Assembly (NCBI GenBank): GCA_021791335.1
Contig: JAJYWS010000036.1
Coordinates: 2-64,001, forward strand
Source of the DNA: Thermoplasmata archaeon
Lineage (GTDB): Archaea; Thermoplasmatota; Thermoplasmata; Lutacidiplasmatales; UBA184
Reading direction: 5' to 3'
DNA: 64,000 nt
Shown: positions 8,840 through 21,021 of the stretch, in pieces
Position numbering within the stretch: the first letter of the stretch is position 1
Layout of the letters: the number at the start of each line of letters is the position of its first letter
Position numbers and translations under genes: made by a program
Notes under the pieces: generated by a model
The model's database searches: none
Seen by the model: the letters and a program-made list of their open reading frames with translations, nothing else
What the model was told of the DNA's origin: nothing

Positions 8840-8940
8840 GCAGGTGTAATCTAGTGGTAGGATGTCAGCCTTCCAAGCTGACCGCCCGGGTTCGAAACCT
8901 CCCGAGAGCCGCCTCGGGGGCGGATCTCCCGGCACCTGCA
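8840..8940 (+). tRNA. tRNA-Gly (anticodon UCC) with a ~30-nt insertion in the T-loop
   Basis: Acceptor GCAGGTG (8840-8846) pairs perfectly with CACCTGC (8933-8939), discriminator A. D arm ATCT/AGTGGTA/GGAT. Anticodon arm TCAGC-CTTCCAA-GCTGA with TCC at 8872-8874. T-stem halves CCGGG (8886-8890) and CCCGG (8928-8932) are separated by 37 nt. Removing 8897-8926 leaves a TTCGAAT loop. Confidence 0.8.
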
Positions 8941-8994
8941 TCCGGTCCTCCCGCGTGCGAGCCGTTATCGGGCGCGTCGGGGTGCACCGCCCGC

Positions 8995-9078
8995 GCTGAG
9001 GTAGCCTAGCCCGGAAAGGCGCCAGCCTTGAAAGCTGGTGGCGGTCTCGCCTCGGGAGTTCAAATCTCCCCCTCAGCG
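8995..9078 (+). tRNA. tRNA-Ser (anticodon UGA), class II, no intron
   Basis: Acceptor GCTGAGG/CCTCAGC with discriminator G. Anticodon arm CCAGC-CTTGAAA-GCTGG (TGA). Long variable arm TGGCGGTCTCGCCTC. T arm GGGAG-TTCAAAT-CTCCC. Confidence 0.93.
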
Positions 9079-9124
9079 TCCGCCGGCACCGGCCGTTTTA
9101 TGGGCGGAACGCTCTACCGGGCCG

Positions 9125-11724
9125 GTGACCGAACCGGCCTCCGCAACCCCGCTCATGGCCCAGTACGAGCGGGTCAAATCCCAGTATCCCGGCCACCTGG
9201 TCCTCTTCCGGGTGGGCGACTTCTACGAGACCTTCGGCGAGGATGCCCGGCGGCTGTCGCAGGAGCTCGATGTGGTCCTGACCGCCCGGGCGCCCGACGC
9301 GTCGGGGGCCCGGACCGCGATGGCCGGGGTGCCCCACCACGCGGTCGACGCCTACCTGGGCCGGCTCGTCCGCAAGGGCTACAAGGTCGCGCTCTGCGAC
9401 CAGGTCGAGGACGCCCGGCTGGCGAAGGGATTGGTGCGCCGGGAGGTGACCCGGGTCGTCACCCCGGGGACGCTGGTCGAGGATCGGCTCATCGGGGGCC
9501 CGGACTCCAACTACCTCGCCTGCGCCGTCTGGGACGGGGACCGGGGCGGTTACGCGGTCGTTGATGTCTCGACGGGGGAGTGGCACCACGGCCGCTCGGT
9601 GGCCCCCGGCCTATCGGGGCTCCTGAACGCCCTCGCCGCATTCCGGCCGCGGGAGCTTCTCTGGTCGGCACCGTCGGAGCGGTCGGCCGAGCTCGTCGAG
9701 GCCGCGAGCCGGGAGTTTCCGCTCGCCCGGCTCGAGGCAGCGCCCACCCTGGCCGACCCGAGCTCCGGGGCCGGCGGCTCCGCGGTCGAATCGGCCGACC
9801 GGCGGCTTCGGGCCTATCTTGAGGCGACCCAGCCCCGGCTCGTGCCCTACCTCTCGCCCCCCCGGGAGGAGGGGGGGAGCCCCCCCTTCATGGTCCTCGA
9901 CGCGAAGAGCCTGCGGCATCTCGAGATCGTCCGGCCGATGAACCCCGACGACCCGGCCGGCCCGACCCTGCTCGACCGATGGGACGCCACAGTGACGGCG
10001 AGCGGCCACCGCACCTTGGCGTTCTGGCTGCAGCACCCGCTTGCGGATGGGGGGGAGATCCGACGGCGCCAGGACGCCGTCGAGGGCCTCGTCCAGCGAC
10101 CGTCCGATCTCGCCGAACTGAGGGGCCGATTGTCCCGGCTTCCCGACCTGGGTCGGATCGGTTCCCGCCTGGCGAGCCGGCGGATCCAGCCCGCCGAGCT
10201 CGGGACCCTGCGCCGCGCCCTGCACCTCCTGAAGGCGATCCGGGACGAACGGGCCCGGTGGGCCGAACCCGGCGGGCTCCTCGACCGCCGGCTGGAGGGG
10301 CTCGAGCCTCCGCCCGGGCTGCTCGAGCGGCTGGAGGCCGCGGTTCCGGACAGCCTGGAGCCGGCCCCGGCCGAGGCGTCGAGGTTCAAGCCCGGATTCT
10401 CGCCGGAGCTGGACCGGCTCCGGGGCGAGGAGCGGGCCCGGCTCGCCGACCTCGACCGGCTCGAACGGGAAGCGGTGGGCCGGACGGGGATCCGCAGCCT
10501 CAAGATCGGCTACAACCAGGTCTTCGGCTACTACTTCGAGGTCGGCAAGGCCCATGTCGCCCGGGTCCCCCCCGAGTTCCGGCGCCGCCAGACGCTGGCG
10601 CAGGGGGAGCGGTTCACCACCGACGCGCTCGAGACGGTCGAGCTGCGGCTGCGCGAGCTTAGGGAGCAGCTTCAAAGGGTGGAGTCCGAGCTCTGGGAGC
10701 GCTGGCTGGAGGAACTGGACCGGTCGGTCCCCGAGCTCCAGCGGATCGGCCGCGAGATGGGGGAGGTCGATGCCCTGGCCGCGCTCGCCCACCTCGCCAT
10801 CGAGCGGGGGTACATCCGTCCCGTGGTCGACGAGTCCACCGAACTCATCCTCCGGGACGCCCGCCACCCGGTGCTCGACCGGGGGCTCCGGGAACGGTTC
10901 GTCCCCAACGATACCGAGCTCGACGCCGCCGGGGTCCGGATGCTGGTCCTCACCGGACCGAACATGTCGGGGAAATCGACCTACATGCGGCAGGTCGGGC
11001 TCCTGGTCGTCCTCGCCCAGGCCGGCTCGTTCGTCCCGGCCCGGTACGCCCGGATCGGCCGGGTCGACTCCCTCTTCACCCGGATGGGATTCACCGACGA
11101 GATCGGCCGGGGCAAGTCGAGCTTCATGGTCGAGATGCTCGAGGTCGCCGAGATCCTCCGGGAGGCGGGGCCCCGATCGCTGGTGCTGCTCGACGAGATC
11201 GGCCGGGGGACCAGCACCTTCGACGGACTGGCCCTCGCCTGGGCGTCGATCCGCCACCTGGCCGAGTCGGTCCGCTGCCGTACGATCGTCGCGACGCACT
11301 ACCACCAGCTCACCGCCCTGGTCGAGTCGCTGCCCGGGGCCCGCAACGCCCACCTGGCGGCCCAGGAGCGCCCGGAGGGGATCGTCTTCCTTCACCGGGT
11401 CGTTCCGGGCAGCACCGACCGGAGCTTCGGACTCCACGTGGCCCGGCTCGCCGGGGTCCCCCCGGCCGTGCTCGGGGAGGCCCAGCGGCTGCTCGACCGG
11501 CTGGAGGAGCCGGGATCGGGATTCCCGGCCGGGCCGGGCCGCCAGCGTCCCGTCCGCTACACCCAGGCGATCCTTCTCCCCGACCACCGGACCCCCGCCC
11601 CTTCGGACCCGCTCGCCGACGAGCTCCGCTCGCTCGATCTGTCCGCGCTGACGCCCGCCGAGGCGCTCGCGTGGCTCCGGAGCCGTCAGCGGGACCTGAG
11701 AGACCGGCCGCCGGGAGCGTCGCC

Positions 11725-11728
<4 letters not shown>
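9125..11728 (+). CDS. mutS: DNA mismatch repair protein MutS (MutS1 type)
   Basis: N-terminal TPLMAQYERVK...GDFYETFGEDA (Phe-x-Glu mismatch-recognition motif). Walker A GPNMSGKST. Walker B LVLLDEIGRGTSTFDG. The track ORF starts at 9038, inside tRNA-Ser, so I trimmed it to the GTG at 9125 (an alternative ATG lies at 9155). Confidence 0.95.
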
Positions 11729-13484
<1,756 letters not shown>

Positions 13485-13488
<4 letters not shown>

Positions 13489-14069
13489 ACGAATCTACGG
13501 AGCGCCCGAGCCCCGAACGGGCGCTCGCCCGGGTCGCGGCCCGCCACCTGGAGGGTCACGGCTACCGGGCCTGGATCGACCCGGACGGCCAGGATTACTT
13601 CGACCTCGCCGCGACCCGCGGCGACGAGGTGGGGCTGGTCGAGCTCAAGGCCCGCAGCCCGGGCCGGGTGCTCGCGCAGGCGCTGTGCCGGCGCGCGTGG
13701 GGCGACTGGGGGTGCGTGGCGGTCGGCAGCCGCCTCGGCGCCGAGCATCTGGTGGAGCGGACCCGGGAGGGGCTGGCCCGCCGGGTCGGTGTCTGGTGGA
13801 TCCAGGGAGAGGAGGTCCGGGTGCTTCGGGCCCCCGAACCCTGGCCGGTGACCTCGCCCGCCGATCTCTTCGAACGGCCCCGGCGCCGGCTCAGGGAACG
13901 GCTGCGTCAGCTTTCCGAGGGGGCGCTCCCTCCGGGCCTCCGGTGGACCGGTCTCGCCGAAGGGCGTCGGCGGCTCTCGGGGGGCCGGGGCTTCGGGGAG
14001 TGGCGGCTCGAGGAGTTCGACGCCGCCGAGGCGAAGGGCCCTACACCAGACGGATCGACTCGAGATTGA
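13485..14069 (+). CDS. hypothetical protein, PD-(D/E)xK nuclease-fold-like (Hjc/YraN-like pattern)
   Basis: 194 aa. The ATG overlaps the mutL TGA (ATGA at 13485-13488). Pattern E(12)...HLEGHGY...DYFDLAATRGDEVGLVELK fits the E...D...ExK restriction-endonuclease-like core. The C-terminal half is Arg-rich. The 3' end overlaps the convergent aCPSF1 gene by 29 nt. Confidence 0.65.
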
Positions 14070-15945
14070 AGGGGACCCGGCTGTCGACGTTGAACCGCTT
14101 GTGGAGGCCGGTGGCCAGGTCGATGCTCTTCGACTCCTCCCCGTGGTTCAGGATGACCCGCTGGGGTCGGGGTTCCATCGACGCGACGAAGTTCATGAGC
14201 TGGACCCGGTCCGAGTGGCCCGAGAAGCCCTCGACGACCGCGACCTCGAGCCGGATCGGTACGTTGACCGTCCGGCTGCCGTCCATGAAGGTGGCCTCCG
14301 AGAGGCCGTGCCGCAACCGGCGACCGAAGGTCCCTTCCGCCTGGTAGCCGACAAAGACCAGCGCGCACTTCTCGTCCGGCGCCCAGGCCCGGAAGTACTC
14401 CATCACCGGCCCGCCGCTCATCATCCCCGAGGTGGCGAGCACGATGCACGGCTCCTTCGAATCGAGCAGGTTGTAGCGCATCTGGGAGGAGTCGACCCGG
14501 TGGAAGATATCGGCCAGGAACGGGTTGTCCCCCTGCTGGAAGATCTGGGTGCGCAGCTGGCTGTTGAGGAACTCGGGGTAGGCGGTATGGATCGCCGTCG
14601 CCTCGAAGATCATCCCGTCCAGATAGACCGGGACCCGGGGAATCTCGCCCCGACGCATCAGGTCCTCGAGGGCCAGCATCACCTCCTGCGACCGACCGAC
14701 CGCGAAGACCGGGATGATCAGCTTGCCTCCCCGCTGGAGGACCTGGTTGGTGAGGGCGGTGAACTGGACCATGGCCTGCTGCCGGCTCGGCTGGACATCC
14801 CGGAAGCCGCCGTAGGTGGACTCGAGGACCAGGGTCTCGAGCCGGGGGAACCGGTTGGTGGCGGGGTTGAAGAGCCAGCTCTTCTCGAACTTGATGTCGC
14901 CCGAGTACGCGAGGTTGTGATCGCCGTCGCCGAGGTGGAAGTGGCAGATCGACGAGCCCAGGATGTGGCCCGCGTTGTGCAGGGTGAGCCGGATATCGGG
15001 GGCGATGTCGGTCGTCTCGCCCCACCTCAGGGGGATCGTCCGGGTCACGAGGTCGCGGACATGGGCCGAATCGTAGAGGGCCTTGCGGGCCTCGGCATTG
15101 ACGACCTTGATCGCGTCGAGGAGCATGAGGGTCATCAGGTCGCGGGTGGGGGCCGTGCAGTAGATCGGCCCCTTGTAGCCGTACTTGAGGAGGACCGGCA
15201 CCAGCCCGCAGTGATCGAGATGCGCGTGGGTCACCACCACCGCGTCGAGGGAGTCGAGGGGCAGGAGCTCGGGGGCGTTGAAGTAGGGCGTCCGGTCCGA
15301 GCCCGGGTCGATCCCGCAGTCGATCAGGACCTTCGAGTTCTGGGTCATCAGGAGGTGGGCACTGCGCCCGACCTCGCGGTAGCCGCCGAGGGCCGTATTC
15401 CGGGCCCAGATCCGTTCGGGTGAGGGTTCCCGGGCGATCCGGACCCCGACCTTCTTGAGGAACGAGCGGCGGTCATCGAAGACGTTCCGCAGGTGGGTCC
15501 GCACCTCCTCGACGGTCTTCGAGGGGATCGGGGGGGTCCGAACCACCGTCGGGACCCAGCCGATCTTCCGCTTGAGGTCATTGAGGACCGATCCGCCCCG
15601 GCCGATGGCGGCTCCGGGATTGGAGGCTTCGATCGTGACCTCGCCGGTCTCGGGTTCGAAGAAGAGTTGGGTGATCTCCGCCTCGGGCGGCAGCAGCTCC
15701 CGGATCTGCTTCTCCGCCTCGCGGGGGTCGATGAGCGAGGCGGGGTCGGTGCGGACCAGCACCCGTCGGTGGAGCCGCTGGGCGATCTGCCTCAGGTAGT
15801 CCCCGCCCGAGAGGAACGCCTCCAACTGACGGGTGTACACGACGATGTGGGGGCCCTCCACCTCGATGTCGCTGACCTCGATGGTCTCGGGCAGCACCTC
15901 CTTGAGGGCCTGCCGGGTCTGCTCTACGAGCGTATCGAAACTCAT
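14041..15945 (-). CDS. fttA: archaeal CPSF1-type beta-CASP ribonuclease (transcription termination factor aCPSF1/FttA)
   Basis: 634 aa. Two N-terminal KH-like segments are followed by an MBL/beta-CASP core ([15 protein letters not shown]...; GHILGSS; GFSGHSD). Length and architecture are typical of aCPSF1. Confidence 0.93.
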   Translation of the reverse strand: MSFDTLVEQTRQALKEVLPETIEVSDIEVEGPHIVVYTRQLEAFLSGGDYLRQIAQRLHRRVLVRTDPASLIDPREAEKQIRELLPPEAEITQLFFEPETGEVTIEASNPGAAIGRGGSVLNDLKRKIGWVPTVVRTPPIPSKTVEEVRTHLRNVFDDRRSFLKKVGVRIAREPSPERIWARNTALGGYREVGRSAHLLMTQNSKVLIDCGIDPGSDRTPYFNAPELLPLDSLDAVVVTHAHLDHCGLVPVLLKYGYKGPIYCTAPTRDLMTLMLLDAIKVVNAEARKALYDSAHVRDLVTRTIPLRWGETTDIAPDIRLTLHNAGHILGSSICHFHLGDGDHNLAYSGDIKFEKSWLFNPATNRFPRLETLVLESTYGGFRDVQPSRQQAMVQFTALTNQVLQRGGKLIIPVFAVGRSQEVMLALEDLMRRGEIPRVPVYLDGMIFEATAIHTAYPEFLNSQLRTQIFQQGDNPFLADIFHRVDSSQMRYNLLDSKEPCIVLATSGMMSGGPVMEYFRAWAPDEKCALVFVGYQAEGTFGRRLRHGLSEATFMDGSRTVNVPIRLEVAVVEGFSGHSDRVQLMNFVASMEPRPQRVILNHGEESKSIDLATGLHKRFNVDSRVPFNLESIRLV

Positions 15946-15952
15946 TCACTGG

Positions 15953-15978
15953 GGAAGGGGTTGGGTGGAAGGGGTTGG
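15953..15978. repeat. perfect 12-nt tandem direct repeat (GGAAGGGGTTGG x2, period 14)
   Basis: 15953-15964 and 15967-15978 are identical. The repeat lies in the 53-nt spacer between the psmB stop and the aCPSF1 start. G-runs are on the plus strand, C-runs on the mRNA-sense strand. Confidence 0.8.
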
Positions 15979-15998
15979 CGGGCTGCCCCGCCCCGCGT

Positions 15999-16673
15999 TC
16001 ACGGCAGGACAGGCGGGAGCGGGATCTTGAGCGCCTTGAGGCGCTTGAAGATCTCCTCCTCGGTGAGTTCGCGGTACTCCTTGGAGGTGATAACGTTGAC
16101 CAGATAGCCGTCGCCGCTCGCCGAATCCCGCTTCATTGCGACGGTGAGGCCCCGGAGGGCGAGGTCGACCCCCTCGGCGGTCGACATCTCCCGCGAGTAG
16201 CCCTCCTCCAGGACCCCGTAGGCAAAGGTCGAGCCGCTCCCGACGGAAACAAATCGATCCTCGATGGAACCGCCGCCCGCGTCGACACTGAAGACGTGGC
16301 CCCCCTTCGAATCGACGCCGCCCAGGATCAGCCAGGCGAGGTAGGGAAACATCCGGTTGCCGTTCAGGATGTTGGCCAACAGCGTCGCGGCGCCTTCGGC
16401 GGTCAGGGGGCCGTTGCGCCGCAGCCCGTAGAGCTTGATCTCGGCGCGCAGGTAGCGGACCAGCGCCTGGGCATCGCCGACGTAGCCCGCGATCGTGACG
16501 CCGAGGTTCTCGTCCAGCTTGAAGAGCTTCTGGGTCGATTTGTTCGCGATGAAGCTGCCGGCCGTGGCCCGGCGCTCGGTCGCCAGGACGACGCCGTCCT
16601 TGCAGACGAGGCCGATCGTGGTGGTGCCGGTTTGGAGCCGCTGCTCGATTTCCTGGTTGAATCCGCCTTGCAT
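15999..16673 (-). CDS. psmB: proteasome subunit beta
   Basis: 224 aa from the ATG at 16673. Short propeptide ending ...LQTG then the [17 protein letters not shown] catalytic Thr N-terminus. AGGAG lies upstream of the ATG. The track ORF (to 17723) is an artefactual 5' extension antisense to sdhA. Confidence 0.95.
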   Translation of the reverse strand: MQGGFNQEIEQRLQTGTTTIGLVCKDGVVLATERRATAGSFIANKSTQKLFKLDENLGVTIAGYVGDAQALVRYLRAEIKLYGLRRNGPLTAEGAATLLANILNGNRMFPYLAWLILGGVDSKGGHVFSVDAGGGSIEDRFVSVGSGSTFAYGVLEEGYSREMSTAEGVDLALRGLTVAMKRDSASGDGYLVNVITSKEYRELTEEEIFKRLKALKIPLPPVLP

Positions 16674-16717
16674 GCTAAGTCTCCTTCGCCGAGAATCGTG
16701 CGGGGGACCCGGGGGGG

Positions 16718-16726
16718 CTATATAAC
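16718..16726 (-). promoter_or_regulatory. TATA box candidate (CTATATAAC) in the psmB/sdhA divergent region
   Basis: Palindromic TATATA core about 49 nt upstream of the psmB ATG, which has an AGGAG Shine-Dalgarno-like element. It could also serve the plus strand. Confidence 0.35.
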
Positions 16727-16838
16727 GGCGCTCCGGTTCGTTACGCCGGCGACACTGGGGCGACCCGGCCCGTGGCCGTCCCTCCGAACGAGGTCCACAG
16801 GAATTAAGCCCTCGCATGCCTCGGGGGGGTCGAAACTC

Positions 16839-18512
16839 ATGCGAACTCATGAAGTGGTCGTGGTCGGGGCCGGTCTCGCCGGGCAGCGCGCGGCGTTGGC
16901 GGCCGTCCAGGCCGGCCGGGACGTGGCGATTGTCTCCAAACTCCACCCACTCCGCTCCCATTCGGGCGCCGCCCAAGGCGGCATCAATGCGGCGGTCGGG
17001 AAAGAGGACAGCGTCGACACCCACATCTACGACACCGTGAAGGGCTCCGACTACCTCGGGGACCAGGACGCGATCGAATTCTTCTGCCGGGAGGCCGGCC
17101 CGACGGTCGTCGAGATGGAGCATTTCGGCACCATCTTCAGCCGGTCCCCGGACGGGTCGCTCGCCCGCCGCCCCTTCGGAGGGGCCGGCTTCCCGCGGAC
17201 CATCTACGCCGCCGACCGGACCGGCCTCGCCCTCCTCCAGGCGCTCTGGGAACGGCTCGGCACCGCCCGGTTCACCCTCTACCAGGAGTGGGATCTCGCA
17301 CGGATCATCGTGACGGGGGGCCGGGTGCAGGGCATCGTGGCGTTCGACCGCAAGTCCGGCACCTTTGAAGGGATCCGGGCGAAGAGCGTGGTGATCGCGA
17401 CCGGGCCGGCGGGACGGATCTACGGCCGGACCACCAATGCGCACAGCTGCACCGGCGATGGGGTCGCCCTGGCGTACGAAGCCGGGGCCCAGCTCAAGGA
17501 CATGGAGTTCGTCCAGTTTCACCCGACCGCCCTCTTGGAGTCGGGGATCTTGATCACCGAGGGCGCCCGGGGAGAAGGCGGCATCCTCAAGAACGCCGCC
17601 GGGGACCGGTTCATGTCGAAGTATGCCCCTCACGTCCTCGAGTTGGCGTCGCGGGACGTCGTCTCCCGGGCGATCTGGACCGAGGTCCAGGAGGGCCGGG
17701 GGTTCCCCGGGGGGTACGTCCACCTAGAGCTGATGCACCTGGGACGGGAAAAGATCGAAAGCCGGCTCCAGGAGATCTGCGACTTCTGCCGCCGGTTTGC
17801 GGGGATCGATCCGGTTGTCGAGCCGATCCCGGTATTGCCGGCCCAGCACTACATGATGGGCGGCATCGGGACGAACATCCGCGGCGAGACCAATATCCCG
17901 GGACTCTATGCCGCCGGCGAGGCGGCCTGCGTCTCCATCCACGGTGCCAACCGGCTCGGGGGCAACTCCCTGCTGGAGACCCTCGTCTTCGGCAAGCAGG
18001 CCGGCGAGTGGGCGGCCGCCCATGCCGAGAAGGCCCCCGCCTCCGTTCTGACCGAGGCCCAAATCGAATCCGCCCGGGCGCCGATCGATGCGTGGTCGCG
18101 TCGGACCGAGGGCGAGGATCCCCAGGCCCTTCGGACCGAGATGCAGGCGACGATGGACCGGTATGTCGGCATCTACCGCAACGAAGCCGACCTGCTCGAG
18201 GGTCTGCGACGGATCCGGGCGCTCCGGGCCCGGTTCGAGAACGTCCGGATCGTCGACCAATCCCGGATCTACAACCTCAACATGACCGATGCCTTGGAGA
18301 CCGGACACATGCTCGAACTCGCCGAGGTCATCGTCGTGGGGGCCTTTACGCGGACCGAGAGCCGGGGCGCCCACTCCCGGGTGGACTACCCGAAGCGCGA
18401 CGACGCCCAGTGGATGAAGCACACCCTCGCGACGCGGACGCCCCAGGGGCCCGCCCTCTCGTATGCCCCGGTGAGCTACACTCGGTGGGAGCCGAAGGAG
18501 CGGGTGTACTGA
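16839..18512 (+). CDS. sdhA: succinate dehydrogenase / fumarate reductase flavoprotein subunit
   Basis: 557 aa from the ATG at 16839. [18 protein letters not shown] fold, [14 protein letters not shown] (His for covalent FAD), HPT, HYMMGGI, RGAHSR motifs. The track ORF start (15975) is an artefact. Confidence 0.95.
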   Translation: MRTHEVVVVGAGLAGQRAALAAVQAGRDVAIVSKLHPLRSHSGAAQGGINAAVGKEDSVDTHIYDTVKGSDYLGDQDAIEFFCREAGPTVVEMEHFGTIFSRSPDGSLARRPFGGAGFPRTIYAADRTGLALLQALWERLGTARFTLYQEWDLARIIVTGGRVQGIVAFDRKSGTFEGIRAKSVVIATGPAGRIYGRTTNAHSCTGDGVALAYEAGAQLKDMEFVQFHPTALLESGILITEGARGEGGILKNAAGDRFMSKYAPHVLELASRDVVSRAIWTEVQEGRGFPGGYVHLELMHLGREKIESRLQEICDFCRRFAGIDPVVEPIPVLPAQHYMMGGIGTNIRGETNIPGLYAAGEAACVSIHGANRLGGNSLLETLVFGKQAGEWAAAHAEKAPASVLTEAQIESARAPIDAWSRRTEGEDPQALRTEMQATMDRYVGIYRNEADLLEGLRRIRALRARFENVRIVDQSRIYNLNMTDALETGHMLELAEVIVVGAFTRTESRGAHSRVDYPKRDDAQWMKHTLATRTPQGPALSYAPVSYTRWEPKERVY

Positions 18513-19486
18513 TGCCCGAGTCGACCATCTCCGTCCCGCTCGAGATCTACCGCTACGACCCCAAGGTGGATTCCGCCCCCCGCTACGAGCGGATCACCCT
18601 CGACCTCCCCCCCCACACCCCGGTGTTGACCGCGCTCCTCAAGGTCCGGCAGGATCGGGATCCGAGCCTGACCCTCCGCTACTCCTGCCGGAGCGCCATC
18701 TGCGGCTCCTGCGCGATGCAGATCAACAGCAAGAGCCGGCTCGCCTGCGAGACCCCGGTCGGGCCGGAGGTCGAGCGGCACGGCCGGATCGTCATCGAGC
18801 CGATGCGGAACCAGCCGGTGCTGAGGGACCTGATCGTCGACCAGCAGCCGTTCTGGACGCAGTACGAGCGGATCCAGCCCCACCTCATCCCCGACCCGGC
18901 CCACCCGATGCCCGAAGGCCGGGAGAATCCCATGACCCCCGAGCAGGTCGAGCGGTTCAAGGAGACGCCGAGGTGCATCGCGTGCGGGGCCTGCTACTCG
19001 GCCTGCCCGGCGGTCGAGGCCGACCCGACCTTCCCCGGCCCGATGGCGCTCGCCAAGCTCTATCGGTTCGTCGTGGACCCCCGGGACGGCCGGACGCAGG
19101 ACCGTTTGGTCTCGATCCAGACCGGCGGCCTCTGGCTCTGCCTGCGCTGCCACCTGTGCACCGAGGCCTGTCCGAAGGATGTCCGCCCGTCGGAGCGGAT
19201 CCGCGACCTCAAGGAGATGGCGATCGACGCCCAAGGGGCGACCGAGCACGGGTCGAAGCACGCGGTGGGCTTCCTGCGCAACATCCGGGAGACCGGGACC
19301 CTCAACGAATTCAAGCTCGTGCGCCAGACCTACTCGCCCCTCGAGATGGTCGGCCAGGTGGGACAGGGGATACGGATGTGGCGAAAGAAGCCCGAGATGA
19401 TGAAGAAGCCCAAGAAGGTCGCCGGCTGGGAGGACGTGGAGAAGATCTATCGGGCGCTTGAGGACTCCCCGGAGGATCGGCAATGA
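18512..19486 (+). CDS. sdhB: succinate dehydrogenase / fumarate reductase iron-sulfur subunit with a C-terminal extension
   Basis: 324 aa. [11 protein letters not shown] (2Fe-2S region), [12 protein letters not shown], and [14 protein letters not shown] (four Cys where classical SdhB has three). About 70 extra Lys-rich aa at the C-terminus. The ATG at 18512 overlaps the sdhA TGA by 1 nt. Confidence 0.9.
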   Translation: MPESTISVPLEIYRYDPKVDSAPRYERITLDLPPHTPVLTALLKVRQDRDPSLTLRYSCRSAICGSCAMQINSKSRLACETPVGPEVERHGRIVIEPMRNQPVLRDLIVDQQPFWTQYERIQPHLIPDPAHPMPEGRENPMTPEQVERFKETPRCIACGACYSACPAVEADPTFPGPMALAKLYRFVVDPRDGRTQDRLVSIQTGGLWLCLRCHLCTEACPKDVRPSERIRDLKEMAIDAQGATEHGSKHAVGFLRNIRETGTLNEFKLVRQTYSPLEMVGQVGQGIRMWRKKPEMMKKPKKVAGWEDVEKIYRALEDSPEDRQ

Positions 19487-20370
19487 AGATGGCCTACTAC
19501 CCGGGCTGCGTCGCCCAGGAGTCCGGCAAGGAGCTGGACATGGCGGTCCGATGGGTGGCCCGGGCGATCGGGCTCGAGCTGGTCGAGTTCCCGGCGTTCA
19601 CCTGCTGCGGCTCCGCGTTCGTCGACGAGGCGAACCAGACCCTCAACGTCGCCCTGAATGCCCGCAACCTGGCCCTCGCGGAGGGGGCCGGGCTGGATTT
19701 GCTCACCATCTGTTCGACCTGCCAGGGGATGCTCTCCCTGGCCAACCGGAGGCTGGAGGAACCGACGATGAAGGCCCGGATCGACGGGGTGCTCTCCCCC
19801 CTCGGGATCCAGTACCGCGGGACCACCAAGGTCCGGCACCTGCTCGATGTGCTGGTGACCGATGTCGGAGCGGAGCGGCTGCGCGGGATGGTCCGGCGTC
19901 CGCTCTCCGGCCTCAAGGTCGGTGCGTTTTACGGCTGCCACCTCCTCCGCCCCCAGGCGGAGGTGGGCAGCGAGAGCGCCGAGGAGCCCCACGCGTTCGA
20001 GGACCTCCTGAGTGCGCTCGGCGCCTCGCCGGTCTTCTACCGGGGCCGCGTGATGTGCTGCGGATTCCCGATCCAGTTCGTGAAGCCGGAGACGGCCAGC
20101 CGGATCGGAGGCCGGCAGATCGTCGATGCCCGAAACCACGGCGCCGAGGCGATGGCGACCCCGTGCCCGCTCTGCCACATCTCCTTGGACGGCTTCCAGA
20201 ACCAGGCCGCGAAAGCCGTCGGCGAACGGCTCGACATGCCGGTCTTCCACCTGCCCCAACTCGTGGGCCTGGCTCTCGGAGCGACCCCGGAGGAGTTGGG
20301 GCTCGACCGCCACCTGGTCTCGGTCGAGCCCGCGCTCGCCAAGGTGGCGGGCTCGGCCGCTCCTCCGTAG
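19483..20370 (+). CDS. HdrB/SdhE-like subunit with two CCG domains
   Basis: 295 aa. MAYYPGC...FTCCGS and FYGCHLLRP...VMCCGFP form two cysteine-rich CCG motifs, as in heterodisulfide reductase B, type-E SdhE and TfrB. ATGA overlap with sdhB. Confidence 0.85.
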   Translation: MKMAYYPGCVAQESGKELDMAVRWVARAIGLELVEFPAFTCCGSAFVDEANQTLNVALNARNLALAEGAGLDLLTICSTCQGMLSLANRRLEEPTMKARIDGVLSPLGIQYRGTTKVRHLLDVLVTDVGAERLRGMVRRPLSGLKVGAFYGCHLLRPQAEVGSESAEEPHAFEDLLSALGASPVFYRGRVMCCGFPIQFVKPETASRIGGRQIVDARNHGAEAMATPCPLCHISLDGFQNQAAKAVGERLDMPVFHLPQLVGLALGATPEELGLDRHLVSVEPALAKVAGSAAPP

Positions 20371-20473
20371 AGCGGCGGCACCCTCGGCCTCGACCGGTCG
20401 TCGGTGGACGAATTCCGCCTCGCGGCGAGGACCCGATTCCCCGGCCCCGCGCACCGGCGTTCAAAGGCGCAAC

Positions 20474-20482
20474 CATTTTAAG
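20474..20482 (+). promoter_or_regulatory. TATA-like element (CATTTTAAG) for the L10e gene
   Basis: Centred about 28 nt upstream of the ATG at 20506, which suggests a leaderless or very short leader transcript. Confidence 0.35.
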
Positions 20483-20505
20483 AGGGGAGCGGTGGAGCGC
20501 TACCG

Positions 20506-21021
20506 ATGACGCGCAAGCCGGCCCGGATGTACCGCAAGGTGGAAGGTCAGATTTACACCCGCCACGAGTACATGGGGGGCATCCCGAACTGCCGGATCAC
20601 CCAGTTCGACACCGGCAACCCCCGCGCCGACTTTCCGGTCGCCCTCTCGCTCGGAATGGAGGAGGCCGGCCAGGTCCGCGACATCGCGCTCGAGTCCGCC
20701 CGGGTCAGCGCGGTCCGGGTCCTGGAAAAGGCGGCCCCCAACGGCTACCGGCTCAAGGTCCGACGCTACCCCCACCAGGTCCTACGCGAGCATAAGATGG
20801 CGATGGGCGCCGGCGCCGACCGTATCTCCGACGGGATGCGCCGCGCGTTCGGGAAGCCGGTCGGCCATGCGGTCCGGGCCGAGATCGGGGCCGAGATCCT
20901 GACGATCTACACGACGGCGGCCCACATCGAAGACGCCAAGGAGGCGCTCCGCAAGGCCTCCCACAAGCTGCCGGTCCCTACGCGTGTGGTGATTCGGACG
21001 GCGGCACCGGTGGCGGCGTAG
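20506..21021 (+). CDS. rpl10e: 50S ribosomal protein L10e (uL16)
   Basis: 171 aa. N-terminus MTRKPARMYRKVEGQIYTRHEYMGGIPNCRITQFDTGN is the characteristic L10e start. Confidence 0.95.
   Translation: MTRKPARMYRKVEGQIYTRHEYMGGIPNCRITQFDTGNPRADFPVALSLGMEEAGQVRDIALESARVSAVRVLEKAAPNGYRLKVRRYPHQVLREHKMAMGAGADRISDGMRRAFGKPVGHAVRAEIGAEILTIYTTAAHIEDAKEALRKASHKLPVPTRVVIRTAAPVAA

Noticed and set aside
9611-11587. 658-aa minus-strand ORF antisense to mutS, with similar ones antisense to mutL (11686-13419, 11310-12263).
   Set aside because: Same low-complexity R/G/P/E composition. mutS and mutL carry canonical motifs on the plus strand.
15975-17723. Long 5' extensions of the sdhA ORF (15975-16838) and the psmB ORF (16674-17723) in the track.
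   Set aside because: Each extension runs antisense through the other gene and is low complexity. Conserved N-termini ([12 protein letters not shown]..., MQGGF...TTTIG) and upstream TATA or Shine-Dalgarno-like elements fix the shorter starts.
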